Part shown: positions 54,143-62,532 of the stretch, one piece after another
Layout: the number at the start of each line of letters is the position of its first letter
Position numbering within the stretch: the first letter of the stretch is position 1
Origin: Burkholderiales bacterium
GTDB lineage: Bacteria; Pseudomonadota; Gammaproteobacteria; Burkholderiales; SHXO01
Reading direction: 5' to 3'
NCBI GenBank assembly: GCA_035499005.1
Contig: DATJZQ010000009.1
Location: 5,792 to 69,791, forward strand
Length of the DNA stretch: 64,000 nucleotides
The notes under the pieces: generated by a model
What the model was told of the DNA's origin: nothing
The model's database searches: none
Seen by the model: the letters and a program-made list of their open reading frames with translations, nothing else
Position numbers and translations under genes: made by a program

Positions 54143-55024
54143 ATGTTTAGCAAGCCAAGTACCTCGGCATCGCCTGCAAAGGCCGGCGACATGCGCGAGT
54201 ACCATTTTGCCCCACAAGACTTCCGTCGCATTCGGCAGCTCATTCACGAGCGCGCGGGGATCTGGCTGTCGAAGGCCAAGCAAGACATGGTTTACAGTCG
54301 CCTCGCGCGGCGTCTGCGCGCTCGCGGTTTGCAGCGGTTTTCTGAGTATCTCACCCTCCTCGAAAGGGGAGACGACGCGGAGTGGGAGGCGTTCACCAAC
54401 GCGCTTACCACCAACCTCACGGCTTTCTTCCGAGAAGAGCACCACTTCCCGATCCTCGCCGAGCACGTGATGATGGTGGCCAAGCGGCGTCCAGCACGAC
54501 TGTGGTGCTGCGCGTCGTCCACCGGGGAAGAGCCCTATTCTATGGCCATCGCCCTGGTGGAGGCGTTTGGCAGTTTTAGTCCACCAGTTTCGATTCTAGC
54601 CAGCGACGTCGACACGCAGGTATTGCAGAAAGCGGAGGGCGGGATCTATTCGCTCGATCGCCTGGAGAAAATTGGCTCTGGGAGGGTGAAGCGCTTCTTC
54701 CTCCGCGGCAAAGGAGGGCACTCGGGCTACGCTCGTGCGCGCCCCGAATTACGTAAGCTAGTGAGTTTTAAGCGCATCAATCTGCTCGATCGTAACTGGC
54801 CGGTGCACGGGCCTTTTGATGCCATCTTCTGCCGCAATGTGATGATCTACTTCGACCGCGCCACGCAGAGCGAGATCTTGAGCCACTTCGCGCCGCTGCT
54901 AGGCTTAGACGGGCTTCTTTTCGTAGGTCACTCGGAGAGCCTGTTCCATATTTCCGACCTTTTCCGACTGCGCGGCAAAACGGTGTATGAGTTGGCAAAG
55001 CCGCTGGCTCGCCAAGAGAGATGA
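54143..55024 (+). CDS. cheR: CheR-type protein-glutamate O-methyltransferase
   Basis: FRRIRQLIHERAGIWLSKAKQDMVYSRLARRLR, TNLTAFFREEHHF, WCCASSTGEEPYSMA, FCRNVMIYFD. The start may instead be the internal Met at 54191. Confidence 0.9.
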   Translation: MFSKPSTSASPAKAGDMREYHFAPQDFRRIRQLIHERAGIWLSKAKQDMVYSRLARRLRARGLQRFSEYLTLLERGDDAEWEAFTNALTTNLTAFFREEHHFPILAEHVMMVAKRRPARLWCCASSTGEEPYSMAIALVEAFGSFSPPVSILASDVDTQVLQKAEGGIYSLDRLEKIGSGRVKRFFLRGKGGHSGYARARPELRKLVSFKRINLLDRNWPVHGPFDAIFCRNVMIYFDRATQSEILSHFAPLLGLDGLLFVGHSESLFHISDLFRLRGKTVYELAKPLARQER

Positions 55025-55058
55025 TTCACGCTCCACGACGCACGCAGCGACCTGCCTG

Positions 55059-58000
55059 TTAGCGCAGGATTTCCTTCCAGGAGATCTTTTTCACCTGACG
55101 GCTCCACGACAGCGGCAGGCGATTGGACATGATTCCGCCGTCAGCACTGCGGACGAGTGAATTGATTTGTCCGCTCGGCAGCACTACGACCACCGGTCGT
55201 GTAGAAAGGCTCTGCGCCAGCGCCTTTCCGGTCCAACCCGTTTCACCGGTCGCAAAATTGGCCTGTGCGACTTGGCCTCCCGTAGTGATGTCGACAGCAT
55301 AGAGAAAACTACCGGACGAACACGCCGCCGAAGATGGCTGATTGGTGGTAAAGATCAGCGTCCCGTACACGGCTGTGGGATCGCCGGATACGCGTTCGCC
55401 GGCAGGTAAATCAAAGTACCACCCGGAGCTGGTGGTCCAGTCAATCGCGTCCGAGTTGATATTTCGTACTCCCCCTGCCGCGATGGTCAGATTTTTCCTG
55501 GTCAACTTCGATCGCAGTGGACTTACCAGAGGAGACGCGCTGCCATCGTCGACAATCGCATAGACCGATTGCACCGCCGTTGTACCGATGTCGGTATCCC
55601 CCAGAAGCCGCCCCGAACCGACCAGAACCACATGCTTCCCCTTCACGGTCACCAACTCTGGCGCTGAGGTGACTGGCTGCGGGTTACCAGTGGCATCGGT
55701 AAGGGCGGCCAGTTTCGCCACTGCCCAGCTCGCCGGGTTAGATGAAGACACGTCAAACCGCCAGACGTTGCCGAGATTATCTCCTCCATAGATCTGCTCG
55801 ACCGTCAGGTCCAGCTGCCCGTTCAACACAAAGCCAGAGATCTGGGCGAGGTTAGCCTGATTCGCTGCCGTTCCATCTGTAGTGACCAGTTCCTTCAACA
55901 CTTGACCGTTGGTGGGATTGAGGAACAACAGATGGCCTTTTCCGTCACCGGTTGTGCTGTTGTAGCCGGAAGTCACCGCTACCACCCACCCATAAGCTCG
56001 CGTCTTGACGATCAGCGGTTTGCCGAAGCCAAACCCAAGGTTGCTCGCCACCGCCGCTGGCGTACTGGCGTTGGGAAATTCCCATAGCACTTTCGCGCCG
56101 ACCCCGGTTTCGTCCGCGGCGTCAGGAGTCGTTACATCCAGCGCATAGAAGCCTTGCCCGCCCAATCGTAGGCCGCCAACCAGGATCGTGTGCCAGTTCG
56201 GACTCCCACCGCCGCCCCCGGTGTTCCCGAAGTCGACGTCCCCGACCGCCGGTGTTCCGTCGACGTAGTATCGATGCTGGTAGTTTGGGGAACCCAGCTC
56301 CGCTAAGCCGGGAAACACTAGGTTCGGAATATATGCCCAGAGCTCCGCACCGGTTGCAGCGTCGAAGGCATGCAGCATGCCGTCATTCGCACCTTGATAC
56401 ACCACGGCCCGGCGCATATCGATGCTGTTGCGAAACAGCGTGTAACCAGCATCCGCGTAGTCCCCCGTCCCGCCTCTAACCGACACAGGCTCGGAATCAA
56501 CAATGTCGCCTAATATGTACGAGCGGATGCGGTAGCCGTCTGCTTCTTGTGGATTGCGGCTGCCGCGCAGAAACCCGAGCGTCTCTTGTCCATTGGTCAG
56601 GGTAGGTGCGGAAGCAATCGTAGACAGCTGCGACCGCATGGTCGAATCGAGGCTGGCCCACTGGAACGGGACGCCTGCACGCGAGGTGGGATTGTATGTG
56701 GCAATTAGACGCGTCACCGGGTCGCGTGTTTCGAGAAGATCGCGCGCTGACCACAGCGGGGTATTGCTGGCCACGCTGCCTGTCGTCACGTCGACCGAGA
56801 ACGCGAGCAGGTCGCCATACCAGCCGCCAGTGGAATACGCCGATGCGTAACCACTATTGTCGCCGGCGCGGATGTTGACGTTCGACACCGCAACCGCTGC
56901 CGCGGAACCGGATTTGTTCAGGAGGTCCGCTACCATCGCCCGGATCTTGGAGATCGTGCCAGTTACGTCGGTCGTCGAGTACATCTGCCCGCGTCCGTTG
57001 ATCGTCGCGTGCCAGAGGTCGTCTACCGAGGTGGGGCTTCGGTTCTGAGTGGGATTCGGCCAGGCAGGCGGATAGCTAAATGGATTATCTGTCTGCTGCT
57101 GGTTTATGCCGTAGATGGTCCCCTTGGAGCCGAGCGTCAAACCGTACGTGTTAAGGTGCAAGTTTGGATTGCGATCGGCGTCAGGCCGTGTGTTTGTGGG
57201 ATCGAATGAAACCAGCCCGGTGGGCATGGCCGGCTGCAAGTTGGTCGTGAAGTAATATAGTGCGATATCGGCCAGTGTGTTGTTGAAAATCTGAGTAAAC
57301 GGAGCGGCGTTACCCCAAGTGGCTCTCGTGTAGGATGGTACAGTCGGACCGCTAGCGTTCGCGAACCCGTCCGTCAGGACGAATGCCGCGTTGCGTTGAC
57401 ATGCGTACTGAATGGGCGCGTTGCCGTCCGTGCGCGTGTATTGCTGCCCAATATAGTCGAGCGTATCCCGCGTCGGGGTACCGCCATTGGACGGGTTGGT
57501 GTAGACAGTCCCCAGCAACTGTCGGTAATTCTGGCTGTCGGCTGTAGCATTGAAATCGTACATTGTCACCGCGCTGCGGCTGTTGAATCTAACAACGCCG
57601 CCGCGTACATCCCGTACCTGTGACAGTACTTCACCCATCGCCGCCGCCAGCATCAGCTTTCGCTTACGATAGTAGGTAAACCAATTTGCGAAATTCTGCA
57701 TCTCGGCAGTGTATGTGCGGCCTGACGGATACGAGTTGCCCGCTCTTATCTCATAGCGCCGAAGTTTCTGACCGTCTGGGGCTGTGGCGCACGCACCGCT
57801 CGTCAGTTCGGCTGCCGAGCAGGTGCTGTCAATCACATAGTAAGTCGCTGGGTAATAAGGTATGGCGACATCCCAGTAGTCTCCAGCGGCGACCGTGACG
57901 TTGGTCGTGACGTTGTTCCAGGTGCCGGCATTACGGCGGCCGACGATTCCGGAGACGGTTGCGCCCGGAATGACCATCCCCGGCAACATGCGGAAAGTCC

Positions 58001-58631
58001 AGTTTGCAGCGGCCGATGAGGTGTTTGTCGTGAGATTGATAGTCGTTGGTGATCCCGGGGTCGGCAGCCAAGGATGACTCCGTGCCGCCGTGCTGCTCGC
58101 AGCTGAGAATGCGCGCGTAGCGCCGCCGAGATAGGCAGACGCCCAGGGCGTATAGGTTATCTGAGGATCGTAATAGAGCGGATTGTATTGATGGCTCCGG
58201 AAGTAAGCGAAAGCCGAGATAGGGGGAATAGCGTAGTGGTCGTAGGTATTGTCTGAAAGCACGCGTGCGTCAGAGGCGGTGCCATTTGGAAACAGGTACG
58301 CATACTTGTACCAAGTGCTCCCGCTGTCATTCCCGGAGTTGCCGTTGGGATTGAACCACAGCTTACCGCTGGCATCGGTGAATGATGAGGCCCCGGAAGC
58401 AGGTTTCAACCACCAAGCAGCGCCGTCGTTGGTCGTCAACAGCACTTCAAAGTCCATCGAGCCCGAGTCATCCAGCCCGAAGATGATGTTTGGTTTGGCT
58501 GCGCTTCGCACATCGAGTGGCAGATTGGAGAGATCCATGTTCGCCACGCTGGCCGCGCGCGCTGTGAAGGCAACCTGAAGTGAGGTAAGCAGCAGCCAGG
58601 CCGTGGCTGTACGCAGGATGGTGCGTGACAT
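55059..58631 (-). CDS. pilY1: Type IV pilus tip-associated protein PilY1 (vWA-like N-domain plus PilY1/PilC beta-propeller C-domain)
   Basis: 1190 aa. Signal peptide, MIDAS-like GLDDSGSMD near the N-terminus, and C-terminal GDNLGNVWRFDV, which is characteristic of the PilC/PilY1 domain. Follows pilX in the minor-pilin operon. Confidence 0.9.
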   Translation of the reverse strand: MSRTILRTATAWLLLTSLQVAFTARAASVANMDLSNLPLDVRSAAKPNIIFGLDDSGSMDFEVLLTTNDGAAWWLKPASGASSFTDASGKLWFNPNGNSGNDSGSTWYKYAYLFPNGTASDARVLSDNTYDHYAIPPISAFAYFRSHQYNPLYYDPQITYTPWASAYLGGATRAFSAASSTAARSHPWLPTPGSPTTINLTTNTSSAAANWTFRMLPGMVIPGATVSGIVGRRNAGTWNNVTTNVTVAAGDYWDVAIPYYPATYYVIDSTCSAAELTSGACATAPDGQKLRRYEIRAGNSYPSGRTYTAEMQNFANWFTYYRKRKLMLAAAMGEVLSQVRDVRGGVVRFNSRSAVTMYDFNATADSQNYRQLLGTVYTNPSNGGTPTRDTLDYIGQQYTRTDGNAPIQYACQRNAAFVLTDGFANASGPTVPSYTRATWGNAAPFTQIFNNTLADIALYYFTTNLQPAMPTGLVSFDPTNTRPDADRNPNLHLNTYGLTLGSKGTIYGINQQQTDNPFSYPPAWPNPTQNRSPTSVDDLWHATINGRGQMYSTTDVTGTISKIRAMVADLLNKSGSAAAVAVSNVNIRAGDNSGYASAYSTGGWYGDLLAFSVDVTTGSVASNTPLWSARDLLETRDPVTRLIATYNPTSRAGVPFQWASLDSTMRSQLSTIASAPTLTNGQETLGFLRGSRNPQEADGYRIRSYILGDIVDSEPVSVRGGTGDYADAGYTLFRNSIDMRRAVVYQGANDGMLHAFDAATGAELWAYIPNLVFPGLAELGSPNYQHRYYVDGTPAVGDVDFGNTGGGGGSPNWHTILVGGLRLGGQGFYALDVTTPDAADETGVGAKVLWEFPNASTPAAVASNLGFGFGKPLIVKTRAYGWVVAVTSGYNSTTGDGKGHLLFLNPTNGQVLKELVTTDGTAANQANLAQISGFVLNGQLDLTVEQIYGGDNLGNVWRFDVSSSNPASWAVAKLAALTDATGNPQPVTSAPELVTVKGKHVVLVGSGRLLGDTDIGTTAVQSVYAIVDDGSASPLVSPLRSKLTRKNLTIAAGGVRNINSDAIDWTTSSGWYFDLPAGERVSGDPTAVYGTLIFTTNQPSSAACSSGSFLYAVDITTGGQVAQANFATGETGWTGKALAQSLSTRPVVVVLPSGQINSLVRSADGGIMSNRLPLSWSRQVKKISWKEILR

Positions 58632-58694
58632 CTGGTACCTCTCGTGTGTTATTGCGGGCGGGGCCGCGCTCAGCTGGGAGCGGGCTAGTGATGT

Positions 58695-59228
58695 CTACTT
58701 CAAGACCAGCGCCTGCACGAACGCGCTGGTGCTCTTGGGGCCGGTGACTCGAACGGTAATCCGATAGTAGACAGAGGCAGGACTCTTGTACGCGAGCGAT
58801 CCCGCTTTGTTGCTTCCCGGAGCCTCGGCATCCCGTACCATGCAATCGGCCAGCGGGTCGCTGACGGGAGTGACCTGGCACAACCGCTCTATCACCCGCT
58901 GGACGCTGTAATTGCCTATGGTTGATGCAGGAACTGCCGACCAGTCGACGGCGGCCGGGAGTCCGTAACCGTCCTCTGCTTGCCGCGTGGCAAAGTAGAC
59001 GTTAGGGACGCTGACGTCCATGTTGGTCAGCAAGTCCAGGGCCTTCGCTGCGTCACTGATACCGATGTCGGTGGCTTGAGTAGCGGCCTCCTTGAAGGAC
59101 ACATTGCCTGCCACCAACGCCGAGACCTCGCTCGAACGCAACATCGCCAGCGCGCCGACGAGTACGATAGCCAACACCACCAGAACAATGATGAGGGACA
59201 TGCCGCGCTGGGTTCGGAATGTTGTCAT
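58695..59228 (-). CDS. pilX: Type IV pilus minor pilin PilX-like
   Basis: MTTFRTQRG|MSLIIVLVVLAIVLV, a prepilin-type leader lacking Glu5 as in PilX. The ATG at 59228 overlaps the pilW stop. Confidence 0.8.
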   Translation of the reverse strand: MTTFRTQRGMSLIIVLVVLAIVLVGALAMLRSSEVSALVAGNVSFKEAATQATDIGISDAAKALDLLTNMDVSVPNVYFATRQAEDGYGLPAAVDWSAVPASTIGNYSVQRVIERLCQVTPVSDPLADCMVRDAEAPGSNKAGSLAYKSPASVYYRITVRVTGPKSTSAFVQALVLK

Positions 59229-60304
59229 TGAGCCACGCCCCACACAACGTTCTTCAGAGGTGCGATCGAGGCATACACCTGATAGCGGTAGCAGCGCCAC
59301 TCCGGATCCGCTGACAGATCTAGCGCGGGGACGTCTGGCCAGGGCGAAGGCGCTGCGGTCGTAACCGCGCAGTTACCTGCACCGTCGGTGACGAGTTCCT
59401 TGCGGTCGCTGCGCACCACCACCGAAAAGCGTACTGCGCGAATACGCATCACCAGATCAGCTGTGGGACTTGCCCATTCCGCTGTGGCGTCTACCCAGCG
59501 GCGGATCTCGTTGCTGATGCCGTCAGTGACACCGTACTGCGCTTGTAAGCTAAGCACATTCGCAGCTACTTTGATGGAATTGCCGGTGACTAGATCGGTG
59601 GCGTTGAGGGCGCCGTTGGTCACGTCGTAACGTCGCCAGGTTACGGTGTTACCAGCCTTGACCACCATCCCACCCGCAGGATAGAGCGGAGCGGTGGCGA
59701 AGGCAGCAGCCGGATTGGGGGCATTCCAAGGACGCCCTGCGCCGGCGGCGCGTCCCAGCTCGATCTCGGACGCGACGGGAGTAATGCTGGAGATCTGCGC
59801 GACCGTGCAAGGATCGGTTGGGACAGAGCTCGCGATCAGCACCACGTCGCCAACCTGCAGTCCTGACGTCGAGTTGACGCGGAGATTATCACCTGCCGCG
59901 GTGAAGCCATGCGTCAGTTGGACTGGCGCACTCCCGAGCACCGAGTCGGTGAAGAATACCGTAACCGCGTCCGAGCCTGCGCCGCCGTCGGTTATCTGCA
60001 CGGGCGCTACGGCGGTGCCATCGGCACGCGTGACGGCGTTGTAGTAGAGGTTGAGGCCGGTGCAAGCGAGTTGGGTGGCGTTCATCAAACCTACGCCCCC
60101 GTTGCGCACATCACGCTGCATCACATAGCCTGCCATGACTCCGCTGTTCATAGCGGCGTCCCCGGCCAGGGAGGTCCTGCGCTGGCCCTCGAAGAACGCC
60201 AGCGAGCCGGACGCCGCCATCACGACCAGCAGCCCTACCAAGATACCAACCATGAGCTCCACCAGGCTCATGCCTCGTTCGCGTCCATGCCTCATGGCGT
60301 TCAT
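59225..60304 (-). CDS. pilW: Type IV pilus minor pilin PilW-like
   Basis: MNAMRHGRERG|MSLVELMVGILVGLLVVMAA. Size (359 aa) and position match PilW. Confidence 0.82.
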   Translation of the reverse strand: MNAMRHGRERGMSLVELMVGILVGLLVVMAASGSLAFFEGQRRTSLAGDAAMNSGVMAGYVMQRDVRNGGVGLMNATQLACTGLNLYYNAVTRADGTAVAPVQITDGGAGSDAVTVFFTDSVLGSAPVQLTHGFTAAGDNLRVNSTSGLQVGDVVLIASSVPTDPCTVAQISSITPVASEIELGRAAGAGRPWNAPNPAAAFATAPLYPAGGMVVKAGNTVTWRRYDVTNGALNATDLVTGNSIKVAANVLSLQAQYGVTDGISNEIRRWVDATAEWASPTADLVMRIRAVRFSVVVRSDRKELVTDGAGNCAVTTAAPSPWPDVPALDLSADPEWRCYRYQVYASIAPLKNVVWGVAQ

Positions 60305-60735
60305 AACCCTGGACTCACTTGTGTCGTCGAGGCGTAGTTGTGGACTACGTTTTCACCCTTCATCCGCCAGCGGAGCGTGACGGTCAGCTGGCCGTTTGCG
60401 TTGTCGTAGGCTACTTGTGGGGGCACGCTGGTCGCCCCCGGCAGGGTAGACATCACCTGATCGAGCCAACCGGATGCCTGCGACTGCGCATCCGCGCTGG
60501 TGCAAGCCGCCGACTGTGCGCTGTTCACGATGAAGCAGCCTACGTTCTGCGGGTTCGCAGCAGCCATACCCAGCACGCTGGTGGCGAAGAATCCGGCTTG
60601 CATGCGCACACGGCTCTCTGTGCTGTCCTGGATCAGGGTAGCCTGCATCCCGATCAACCCAAGGATCCCGACCGAAAGCACCACCAGGGACGTAAGTCCC
60701 TCGACAAGGCCAGCGCCCGTTTGAGAGTGCTTCAT
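60301..60735 (-). CDS. pilV: Type IV pilus minor pilin PilV-like
   Basis: MKHSQTG|AGLVEGLTSLVVLSVGILGLIGMQ (compare PilV ...IEVLVALLVLSIGLLG..MQ). ATG at 60735; the track ORF is extended by 61 aa. Confidence 0.78.
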   Translation of the reverse strand: MKHSQTGAGLVEGLTSLVVLSVGILGLIGMQATLIQDSTESRVRMQAGFFATSVLGMAAANPQNVGCFIVNSAQSAACTSADAQSQASGWLDQVMSTLPGATSVPPQVAYDNANGQLTVTLRWRMKGENVVHNYASTTQVSPGL

Positions 60736-60746
60736 GTGTCCCCCGA

Positions 60747-61265
60747 TCAATTGCATGCGGTCGGACTGCCAGCCACTGCGGACGGGTCGCAGCTCCTTAT
60801 CAATCCGCCGGCTGCAACCACTACATTCAGGCAGTAGATGCCGCCCTGTGGCCGACACGCGCTGACGTTGGCCGCCTGCAATGTGATGTTCATGGTCTGA
60901 CCAAACGGGTTCGTCCACCCAGAGCCATTAAAGGCGATGTTGTCGGTGTCGGTGGTCACGCTCACCTGTGTTTGCCGGTTTGCGCGCATAGCGACGAGCA
61001 AATCCTGTCCGAGGTTCGCGCCCGGAACCATCACGGTCCAGCCGGTGCCGTTGCGCTGGAACTGGACGCTGGTGTTGCGCCGGATCGCTTCAGTGCGCGC
61101 CAGCTCCAAACCACTTCGCAACTCCTCGGCAACGCCGCGAACATCAGCGTTCGCCAGATGGACGCGCATCGACGGCAGTGCGACTACAACCAGGATGCTC
61201 ACCACGACCAGCACCAAGAGCAACTCAACTGCAGTAAAGCCGGTCATTGCAGGTTTCATTGGCAT
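60747..61265 (-). CDS. GspH/FimT-family minor pilin (FimT/FimU-like)
   Basis: MPMKPAMTG|FTAVELLLVLVVVSILVVVALPSM, followed by a GspH-like domain (ELRSGLELARTEAIRRNTSV). Confidence 0.8.
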   Translation of the reverse strand: MPMKPAMTGFTAVELLLVLVVVSILVVVALPSMRVHLANADVRGVAEELRSGLELARTEAIRRNTSVQFQRNGTGWTVMVPGANLGQDLLVAMRANRQTQVSVTTDTDNIAFNGSGWTNPFGQTMNITLQAANVSACRPQGGIYCLNVVVAAGGLIRSCDPSAVAGSPTACN

Positions 61266-61738
61266 TTGTCCTTCTCGACCATCCAGCAGTCGGCAGGAAC
61301 GGCAGCGGCGGGGAACGCTTCGGTGCGCCTTATGCCTTGCTCGTTAATGCTGAATACATATCCAGCCATGTTCGCTAGCCCGGTTGCCCTAGCCACAAAG
61401 GCCTGCCCGTTCTGCGCAAGGTCGCAGGAGAGCGCGAAGTTGATCACCCCGGTCGGCAAGCCGACGGCGCAAGCACCCGAGCCGTAGTTGCCGTTATCTT
61501 GAAAAGCCTTTTCCATGTGCGTGCGAAACTGGTTGAGCTGCTCGAGCGCGTCGACAGCGCGTGCACGTTTTGCATAAGAGCTGTAGCTGTTCATGGCGAA
61601 GGCGCACAAGATGCTCATGACGAGCAACGTGATGACCGCCTCGATCAGCGTGAACCCGGACCGGCGCGCCACGCTGCCGCGATATCGGCCCAAACCGCCT
61701 TGCGCACCGCTCGAGTGCGAAGCATGCTTGGCCTTCAT
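61256..61738 (-). CDS. Type IV pilin-like protein (PilE-like minor pilin)
   Basis: ...RRSG|FTLIEAVITLLVMSILCAFAMNSY, and a C-terminal Cys pair (DCWMVEKDKCQ). The ATG at 61738 has a GAGGGG SD but implies a 28-aa leader; a GTG at 61672 would give a canonical 6-aa leader. Confidence 0.8.
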   Translation of the reverse strand: MKAKHASHSSGAQGGLGRYRGSVARRSGFTLIEAVITLLVMSILCAFAMNSYSSYAKRARAVDALEQLNQFRTHMEKAFQDNGNYGSGACAVGLPTGVINFALSCDLAQNGQAFVARATGLANMAGYVFSINEQGIRRTEAFPAAAVPADCWMVEKDKCQ

Positions 61739-62532
61739 GCCCCTCTGCCTAGCTACCACTCACGCCTCCTCGAACACGCCGCCCGTGCACAGGGCCGGCA
61801 TCCATGGGGCGACCGCGGCGCGAAAGACCGATACCGTTGCGGAGGGGAGGGAGGACGAGACAGGACGGCAACTCGCGGACACAGGCCTCTGGTGGCCGTG
61901 CCGCTCGTTCGGCGGTCCCGCTGTCCTAGGCTCTCGCCCTTAGACCGGTAACTTTGCGCCCCCGGCTTTCGCTCGGGTTTGCCCTTGTCGAACTTTCCGC
62001 GAACACGCTCGCGGACCGCAAATGCAAAAAAGGCTTGCTTACCCGCTTCTTACGACAGCCCGAACCGAGACTTTAGAGGTGTGTTAAATGTCGGATTATG
62101 CTCAAAGTTTTGAGCCTGTCGGGATAGAGCTGCGTCGCACCCGGTTGATTGGGGACGAGCGCTTGCCAACTCGGCCCGCGGCAGCCTTTAGCTTTGAGTC
62201 AGGGAGCTACCTCGACTCGCGCCTCTTCTGCGAGTGCTTGGCTCGCCGCCCCACAACCGATACTTAAGGCCCGGTTCAGCTTCACCCCGAAAGCTCGGGA
62301 TCGTGCGTGTTGCGCGACCGCAGCGAGCCCGATCGCCTGTTGCCGGATCCGGCACTCGTCCGGTGATTGCCTGGTGTACGAGATTGGGTTTCGTCTTGAG
62401 TGACCTCAGACACTCTCGGCTGCGTGCCATTGCGCTGAGTTACACTGTGAGCGCACCCACGGGCTCGACTCTGCGCGGCGGCGAGACCGGACGCGTACCC
62501 GGGCCCATGACAAGACCAACGGGAGCATCTGT

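Noticed and set aside
61760-61900. Sigma54 (-24 GG / -12 GC) promoter or AlgR-type site upstream of the pilin operon
   Set aside because: The best candidate (TGGATGCCGGCCCTGTGC on the minus strand) has the wrong GG-GC spacing. A CCGCTCGTTC string near 61901 only loosely resembles the AlgR consensus. Neither is supportable from sequence alone.
62140-62532. Possible cobalamin riboswitch upstream of the SbmA/BacA-like transporter
   Set aside because: I looked for the conserved core (GGGAA...GGTG...CCCGCAACTGTAA, GCCACTG, and the B12 box AGCCAGGAGACCTGCC). I found only loose resemblances (ACACTGTGAGCG, GGCGAGACCGGAC). That is not enough to call it; cmscan would settle the question.
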